A stretch of 64,000 nt of DNA from a virus (taxonomy: Duplodnaviria > Caudoviricetes), in IMG/VR virus record IMGVR_UViG_3300035208_002958, positions 1 to 64,000 of that record. One strand, written 5' to 3'. Position 1 is the stretch's first letter. The number at the start of each line of letters is the position of its first letter. Made by a program: the position numbers and the translations under genes. Positions 57,824-64,000 of the stretch are shown here, in pieces. Below the pieces are notes generated by a model, which was not told the DNA's origin, made no database searches, and saw only the letters and a list, made by a program, of their open reading frames with translations.

Positions 57824-58558
57824 ATGCCATTTCCAATCAGTAAACAAGACCTAGAATTCATCTTCGAGATTTGTACTCGAAGCCCCTACGTTTCTGGTAA
57901 CGCAGACTACAAGAAGAAAACACGTGCAACTGAAATTACGTTCAGTAATCGTGATATTGTGAACGCATACGCCGAATCTCTCGGCGGAAATCGCAGTCGC
58001 ATCACCATGTTGAATGGTCTCTGCAATATCACAATTCCAATGGCATTCGCATTGGCCAAGTTCCAGCAAGATGAAGACATCGATGTCCTTGCACATGCAT
58101 GCAATGTGATTGGGGACCACGGTAACACGTTCCATGACAATGACATTGAGCCTATGCTTACCAAGCTTGGTTATGACGTGAAGAATCCGTATCTGTTTGA
58201 AGAAGCAAAATCTTACTTCACTGGTATGCTTCTCTCGGTCGTTGCTCATGAATTGGGTCACATCTGTCTCAGCCACTGCATCCGCACTGGTGGTAACTAC
58301 GAGACTTCACGAAACGATGAACGTTCTGCCGACCTATTCGCACAGTCTGTTATTTCGACTACTCCTTTTAGTCGATATCTGATTATGTCTTCTCTCTTCA
58401 TGGAAGTTCTTTTCACATGGATGAGCAAGCATGATGACGGCCCTGCTACTACACATCCTCACTCCAGAGAACGTGTGTATAATACAGTCAATAGTCACGA
58501 ACAGTATCTCGAACACATTGGGATTACACGAGACACCATAGAAGAATTTCTTCCGTAA
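57824..58558 (+). CDS. M48-like zinc metallopeptidase
   Basis: AHELGH, E..AD, THP...R. Confidence 0.8.
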   Translation: MPFPISKQDLEFIFEICTRSPYVSGNADYKKKTRATEITFSNRDIVNAYAESLGGNRSRITMLNGLCNITIPMAFALAKFQQDEDIDVLAHACNVIGDHGNTFHDNDIEPMLTKLGYDVKNPYLFEEAKSYFTGMLLSVVAHELGHICLSHCIRTGGNYETSRNDERSADLFAQSVISTTPFSRYLIMSSLFMEVLFTWMSKHDDGPATTHPHSRERVYNTVNSHEQYLEHIGITRDTIEEFLP

Positions 58559-58634
58559 CAGTTTACAAAAAGAAACTTTTTTCTATATTAACCTCAGACA
58601 TCCCGTCTGGGGTTTTTTACTATGAGGTAATAAA

Positions 58635-59432
58635 ATGGATAAGACATCACTTGGTGATAGAATGAAATGCTACGAAGCTGCATACAACTTCAGGTTCCCG
58701 ATTCGACTTCCGCTTATGCTTAGGCTGGATGGTGTGCATTTCAGCAAGAACGTGAAACGCTGGAAAAGTAAAAAACCGTATGACGCACGTCTTTCATATG
58801 CAATGCAGATGACATGTAAAGGACTTGCTGAGAAAATCCCCGGCGTTCAATTGATATACTCTCAATCCGATGAGATCAGCATTCTCATTCGTGATGACAT
58901 GAGTAACGATACTCAACCTTGGCACGGAAAAGAACTGAACAAAATTATGTCGATTGCGTCAGCAAAGACAAGTAACCTATTCAACTACTACTTCTTTCAG
59001 CATGTAGAGGACGGACCCGCATACGAAGAAATGGCTGAGTTCGACTGTCGTGGTTATGTTGTTCCCGAACCGGAAATATTTAATGCGTTCAATTGGCGAC
59101 AACGAGATTGTACGAAAAATTCGGTCTCAATGTTGGCTCGAACTATGTTCTCAACAAAGCAGCTTCATAAAAAGAATGGAAGTGAGATGCAGGACATGAT
59201 GATGTTACAGCACGGTGTGAACTGGAATGATATGCCAACTGCATTCAAACGTGGCTTCTGTATAATAAAAAAATCGGTTGAAAAAGAGATCCCATTACGG
59301 GATGAACGGAATAGGATTATCATAGGTGAAACCAATACAATCATTCGATCTGCATGGGTAATTGACACTGAAATACCTATTTTCACCCAAGAGCCAAATT
59401 ACATCAACCAATTTGCTAGGTTAGCTAAATAA
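58635..59432 (+). CDS. thg1: tRNA(His) guanylyltransferase Thg1-like
   Basis: RMK.YE, RLDG..F, QSDEIS, FD.R, WRQ.D...NS, W...P...KRG. Confidence 0.93.
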   Translation: MDKTSLGDRMKCYEAAYNFRFPIRLPLMLRLDGVHFSKNVKRWKSKKPYDARLSYAMQMTCKGLAEKIPGVQLIYSQSDEISILIRDDMSNDTQPWHGKELNKIMSIASAKTSNLFNYYFFQHVEDGPAYEEMAEFDCRGYVVPEPEIFNAFNWRQRDCTKNSVSMLARTMFSTKQLHKKNGSEMQDMMMLQHGVNWNDMPTAFKRGFCIIKKSVEKEIPLRDERNRIIIGETNTIIRSAWVIDTEIPIFTQEPNYINQFARLAK

Positions 59433-59565
59433 ATTAAAGACTCTGCGAAGAGCACGGTGTGTCTCTTCGCCGAGTTCCTGCATTTCACAATTCTACTCGG
59501 ATACAAATGAGTTATTATATTTAGATCGGAAACGGAATCGTTGGTTAGAATTAAGAGATGGCTAA

Positions 59566-60015
59566 ATGGAAGGAAAATTAAAAATAGGGTTGGACATTCA
59601 TGGCGTGACTGACAGTAATCCGTTTTTCAAAGCGATGGCGGCTGCTATGATTCAGGCTGGTCATGAAATCCACATCATTACGGGAGCATCGACCGAGAAA
59701 GCCAAGAGAGATCTTGGTAAGCTCGATATGGATGAAGGAAAGGATTATTCAACTATCTTTTCCATTACTGATTACCTGATCGAAAAAAATGTGACGGTAC
59801 ATTGGAAAGATCCAAGTAACCCTATGTTCCCTGACGAAGATTGGAATATGGCGAAAGCCGAATATTGTCGCAGCAACGAAATCAACATGCACTTTGATGA
59901 CAGTGTTGTATACGGATTGTATTTCGTTACTCCATACGCACAGGTGAAACAGTCAATCACCCCTGAACTGAAGATTCAGGGGCTTGTGAATTCTGAAGAT
60001 TTGTCAACTTCGTGA
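59566..60015 (+). CDS. HAD-superfamily hydrolase
   Basis: GLDIHGV, IITG, K, FDD. Confidence 0.65.
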   Translation: MEGKLKIGLDIHGVTDSNPFFKAMAAAMIQAGHEIHIITGASTEKAKRDLGKLDMDEGKDYSTIFSITDYLIEKNVTVHWKDPSNPMFPDEDWNMAKAEYCRSNEINMHFDDSVVYGLYFVTPYAQVKQSITPELKIQGLVNSEDLSTS

Positions 60016-60185
60016 AGAATAACAGGATATATTGAAATGATTGAACTAGTCTATGAGAGCCTTGCCTCGCAAGAGGCAATGGTATATCAAACTGAACTGA
60101 ATGTACGTGACAGTACGAAATACACCATTGATAATTTTGTTAATGAGTTACAGAAAAGCCCTGCTCATTGAACAGGGTTTTTATT

Positions 60186-61145
60186 TTAGGCGGTGAGCAC
60201 TGTACCTTCTGGTAGTATCAGCTTTCGCCCATCGTTTTCAGTAATGTGAATCTGGATCTCTTGTATACTGAAGATGTCATCATACACCATCACCATCCCA
60301 AAACCAAGGGTATGTTCAGTTGGTTTTCCGTTATGCCACATCATCGCAACCTTTGCCAGTGACCCAAACGACCAAGAACTCACAGTGTTCTTTTTAATGG
60401 GGTTTCTAGTGCTGTGGTGCTGCGAACGGTGGGTATGGGCATGGATGATCGAGTAATTGCCCTGAACGGCTCTCAGATGGGTATCTGCGGAGTGTTTGGA
60501 GTGACTCCAACCATGAAGACACAGAAGCTTGTTGGGAATCAATTCCAGAATGCATTCTTCAGGATCTTCATTAGAGTGCGGAACAACATGAATACCCCAT
60601 TCCTTATACAGGTCAAACGGCATCCAGCTATTGTACATGTCGATTGCATATTCCTGACGATAACCGCTACGCTTCATATCCCCAGCGATCTTCTTATTCC
60701 AACGATCTTCATGATTACCCATGAGTGCGTAAAAGTTTGCATTGGGGAGAGCTTTCATAGCTGGCTTCCAGAAATCATTCTCTGCCCAGTTAAGCTCTTC
60801 TACATAAGACAGAGGTCGTTCGAACACATTGGTGGTTGGATGAGAAGATGCTTCGCCGCATTCGAGTGCATCGCCGAGCTGCACGAACTTAGTGACATTG
60901 TACTTCTTATTCAGAATGGGAAGAGATTTCATGCACAGGTCAAAAGCCTTTTTGTCTCTGTTATATGAATGAATATCAGGTATGATAATAAAACACTGAT
61001 CGTGTTCATCTGATTTGCGATTGATTGCTTTTTCTGGTGGCAATGGATCTGGAACCATTTGCTCCCGAAAATCTTCAATGGCATTACCTGCCTCAACAAA
61101 TTTGGCTCTGGCTCTATTGGCCTGTAGAATTTCTTTGATTCCCAT
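60186..61145 (-). CDS. Calcineurin-like metallophosphoesterase
   Basis: DIH, GD, GNHE, HG, HTH. Confidence 0.88.
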   Translation of the reverse strand: MGIKEILQANRARAKFVEAGNAIEDFREQMVPDPLPPEKAINRKSDEHDQCFIIIPDIHSYNRDKKAFDLCMKSLPILNKKYNVTKFVQLGDALECGEASSHPTTNVFERPLSYVEELNWAENDFWKPAMKALPNANFYALMGNHEDRWNKKIAGDMKRSGYRQEYAIDMYNSWMPFDLYKEWGIHVVPHSNEDPEECILELIPNKLLCLHGWSHSKHSADTHLRAVQGNYSIIHAHTHRSQHHSTRNPIKKNTVSSWSFGSLAKVAMMWHNGKPTEHTLGFGMVMVYDDIFSIQEIQIHITENDGRKLILPEGTVLTA

Positions 61146-61166
61146 AGCGGTATATTCCTTTGTACT

Positions 61167-61802
61167 TTAATTAATCCATAATTGGACAGGAGTAGCTTCC
61201 CAGTCCGTCTCAAAGTCAGAGACATGCTTATATCCATTCTTAGTCAAGCCTTCGAGTGTATCTATATCACTGGATGGGGCAGTAACGAACATAAGCGGCG
61301 AAACTTCTTCAAGGCGTTTTCTCAATTCACCTGAGATACCCATATTTTTATTTTCATCAGTCACTGCAAAAAATTCTTGCTGCATTCGATCATTAAGATT
61401 CACAGCAGATTTAAGTGCATAAAAATCAGAAGGTATAATACCCATAAAGTTTTCTTTAGTTGCATCAATCAAAGTTGCAACACCAACTGGTAATCCGTCT
61501 TCCGTAACATATGCAATTTTATCGGATGCCAATAGACGCTCGACAGTATTCGGAGCCACAAATGCCTTATCGGTAAAATCACGTTTATCCAACTGAGTTT
61601 TCTTGTCAATGATATCGGCGAGTTGATACACAACATCATCGTCAAGATCGATGGGATCAACTATAAATGACTCAAATTTATTTGGGTCATACTGAATAGA
61701 TTCAGATTTATCATCGGTTACATTTCGTTCAACGCTCTCATTGAAAGATTTGAGATCGTTTACAGTTAGAAAGACATGTGGGCTGTTTTTTTCGTTAATC
61801 AT
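61167..61802 (-). CDS. Putative late protein, possible GNAT-like fold
   Basis: TATAAACT at 61828..61835 (-); FAV....N.GI...L and L.KNGY patterns. Confidence 0.45.
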   Translation of the reverse strand: MINEKNSPHVFLTVNDLKSFNESVERNVTDDKSESIQYDPNKFESFIVDPIDLDDDVVYQLADIIDKKTQLDKRDFTDKAFVAPNTVERLLASDKIAYVTEDGLPVGVATLIDATKENFMGIIPSDFYALKSAVNLNDRMQQEFFAVTDENKNMGISGELRKRLEEVSPLMFVTAPSSDIDTLEGLTKNGYKHVSDFETDWEATPVQLWIN

Positions 61803-62066
61803 CGTATTGTCCTAGAGGGTTTTCTACAGTTTATATGCAGAATTACCTCTAACTTAAAAGGAAAGATACTTAATTACCCTCTAAATAACCAAAATTTTTT
61901 CTAAAACGGTGAAAAAAAAACTTGATTTAAGATAGAACTATATCTGTTTCATCATGAAACTAGGCATCACTTTACCCTGCGAATATATAAAAATATCGCC
62001 ACCTTATACAATTGGCACAGTAATTGCATAATACATAACAGGAATCAAAAACACAAAGGAGAACCT

Positions 62067-62441
62067 ATGTATTCCAGTAATATTGATAAATTCATCGAAG
62101 ATTTGTTCACCATGACAACAGGGGTTGACACGGTTGAACTCGTATCAGAAACCGAGGACGCTATCGTTCTAAGCATCGAGCTACCCGGATTCAAAAAAGA
62201 ACAGATTGAACTTGATATCGATGGCGGATTCCTCAAAGTCTCAGCCGCCAGAGATATTCCATCGAGTGACAAAGTAAAACTATTGTCGAGCGGTAGACCT
62301 GTCAAAAAGTTTAGCAAGTCCTATAAGATCGGAGCCTCATTGGACACCGACAAAGTGAGTGCTGAATTCACCGATGGAATTCTCGAAATTACAATCCAGA
62401 AAAAAGAAGAGACAAAGAAAAAGTCGGTTAAAATTTCATAA
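62067..62441 (+). CDS. Small heat-shock protein Hsp20
   Basis: ELPGF.KE.I, F.KS, A.F.DGILEI. Confidence 0.9.
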   Translation: MYSSNIDKFIEDLFTMTTGVDTVELVSETEDAIVLSIELPGFKKEQIELDIDGGFLKVSAARDIPSSDKVKLLSSGRPVKKFSKSYKIGASLDTDKVSAEFTDGILEITIQKKEETKKKSVKIS

Positions 62442-62452
62442 CCGACTCACCT

Positions 62453-62872
62453 TTACTCAATAATCTTTTTATTCCGCCACTTGTAGATCTCCATCGTGAG
62501 GTAGTCGAGAATTTTCTCTTCTGCCTCATCGAGATCTCTTATCGGAACAACCCCTTCTTCCGTAAATGTATTTCGAATAATATGATCGAAATATCCATCT
62601 GTGATCTTGAAGAATGCCAGATAATATCCACCGTTGTTCCACATCTTCATGTACACATCTTTTGGCATGAATGATATCTGAAACGATATACTTCCACGAC
62701 CAACCATATCCAGCGGCCATGCCGTGATTGTTATATCCTTTCCGTAGTCCGTAAGCGAAAAAGTCTGTCGCATTTCTTTCGCAAATCCTAGCAGCTCAGT
62801 CCATGCATTTTCACTTGTGAGAGTTTGACCAATTATCTCTAGTCGTGCAGTGATTGGATCTTTATATTCCAT
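62453..62872 (-). CDS. Hypothetical protein
   Basis: Coupled ORF. Confidence 0.55.
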   Translation of the reverse strand: MEYKDPITARLEIIGQTLTSENAWTELLGFAKEMRQTFSLTDYGKDITITAWPLDMVGRGSISFQISFMPKDVYMKMWNNGGYYLAFFKITDGYFDHIIRNTFTEEGVVPIRDLDEAEEKILDYLTMEIYKWRNKKIIE

Positions 62873-63116
62873 TAGAATACCCCGAAAGTTTTAAGTAAGT
62901 ATACACTGGAGGTAGCCATAAACATACTGACCGTCATCATAATGGATACCGTCAGAATTACTACCCACCACAGTCTGCGATAGTTATACACTTGGTGAAC
63001 AATATCATATGCACCAAAAAATGTCAGATACTCATGCAACTCCGACAACAGGAACAACCATGTCAACTCAATTATGTTATGGTAACTCTGACCATTGTCT
63101 TTTGTAAATCGTTTTA

Positions 63117-63635
63117 TCATACATATTCCAAATCATTCATAAACATCAATAGTTCGAAACTGGGTTTTTCAATGAACTGTCCTGCTTTCGGATTCTCATG
63201 TACGATACTGAATTGGATCATTCCGATTATCGACTCAGCCATTGATCGTTCAGAATCCGACCATTCGCTACTATCGAAGTTTATACTTGTCCTATATACA
63301 TCGTATTGATTCGCATTGATATAACCATCATGCAAACAGTCCATAAGATATGACAACCAATGTCTGCGGAAATATCGTTTATCTTCGGGTACGTCACCAG
63401 TGGATATAATTCGCACTTCTTCTCGTAGAAGATAAGCAAATAGTTCGCTATTCTTCATAACATCGAATACGATTTGTGCTGGTACTTTATCACGGCGTGA
63501 TAAATTATCAAGTGATTCATAGAATTCCAAACTATACATCTTGACAAAATCGGGTTCATCTATCAAATCTAGATAATATGCTTCCCTAAGTGCCAGCTTC
63601 CAGAATTTTAGCTCAGTCGATACTGCGTTCTCCAT
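63117..63635 (-). CDS. Hypothetical protein
   Basis: ORF in operon. Confidence 0.55.
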   Translation of the reverse strand: MENAVSTELKFWKLALREAYYLDLIDEPDFVKMYSLEFYESLDNLSRRDKVPAQIVFDVMKNSELFAYLLREEVRIISTGDVPEDKRYFRRHWLSYLMDCLHDGYINANQYDVYRTSINFDSSEWSDSERSMAESIIGMIQFSIVHENPKAGQFIEKPSFELLMFMNDLEYV

Positions 63636-63646
63636 CTTCCCACCAA

Positions 63647-64000
63647 TTAGAACTCAAAGAGTTCCTTATCCATACCCAGCATCATTTCGCTATTTTCGTC
63701 AAATATGATTGATTTGTCATCGATATAGTAATGAGCAAAAATTTTGCGACTCACTTTAGCGGCAGGATCGGTAACCTCAGACAAATTCATATTTACAGCG
63801 TCAAATTCCAACCCGAATTCTTTACACCATGCAACTGCATCGGTCAGGTAGTTTCCGACTGGCCAATACGGACTGTAATCGGTTGGAAGCACATCTTCTC
63901 GACACGTCCACAATATTACTTTATGACCTCGTCTACGCCATTCAATTGCTTTGTTGATGAGCCACATTCTCGGTTTCCCAATTGCGGGGAACAGATTTCC
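63647..64000 (-). CDS. HAD-like hydrolase (5' end outside the window)
   Basis: ILWTCR, AV.WC...GL.FDAVN.N, RK..A..YIDDK. Confidence 0.75.
   Translation of the reverse strand, partial: GNLFPAIGKPRMWLINKAIEWRRRGHKVILWTCREDVLPTDYSPYWPVGNYLTDAVAWCKEFGLEFDAVNMNLSEVTDPAAKVSRKIFAHYYIDDKSIIFDENSEMMLGMDKELFEF

Noticed and set aside
1-64000. Genome-wide TAG recoding (genetic code 15)
   Set aside because: Conserved genes are intact under code 11 with no internal TAG, and TAG at 27530 and 54401 is followed directly by a terminator or promoter.
1-64000. Bacterial chromosome origin
   Set aside because: Host-like genes are isolated among short phage-type ORFs, outside their normal operons (infC without rpmI/rplT, ssrA without smpB), with repeated phage-style promoters.

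Overview
A 64-kb segment of a large (jumbo-type) tailed bacteriophage genome. It is AT-rich, has densely packed short genes mostly on the minus strand, and contains no rRNA or ribosomal-protein operons. Replication and nucleotide genes: RNase HI, Dda-like helicase, NAD-dependent ligase, DHFR, 5'(3')-nucleotidase, PD-(D/E)XK nuclease. Translation and tRNA genes: IF3, TilS, Thg1, two Pth2-like proteins, an RNA ligase, tmRNA and an amber-suppressor tRNA(CUA). Other genes: a sigma70-family factor, Hsp20, a PspA operon, a glycosyltransferase cluster, ADP-ribosylation reversal enzymes, a lytic transglycosylase and a protein with 15 x 22-aa Trp repeats. Mobile DNA: three IS200/IS605-family TnpB elements and a 19-bp IS scar. 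Two promoter classes are visible: TTGACA-N16-TATATT (early/middle) and TATAAACT (putative late). The most striking signal is a candidate amber-readthrough-gated translational switch about 0.8 kb from the suppressor tRNA. A leader ORF M-S-Y-TAG-V-Y-H-A-R-P-P-TAA has post-amber codons that form the anti-Shine-Dalgarno arm of a hairpin occluding the next gene. Several nearby genes are also joined in frame by TAG codons, although the genome is not globally recoded. All product calls come from motif recognition only; no database searches were run.
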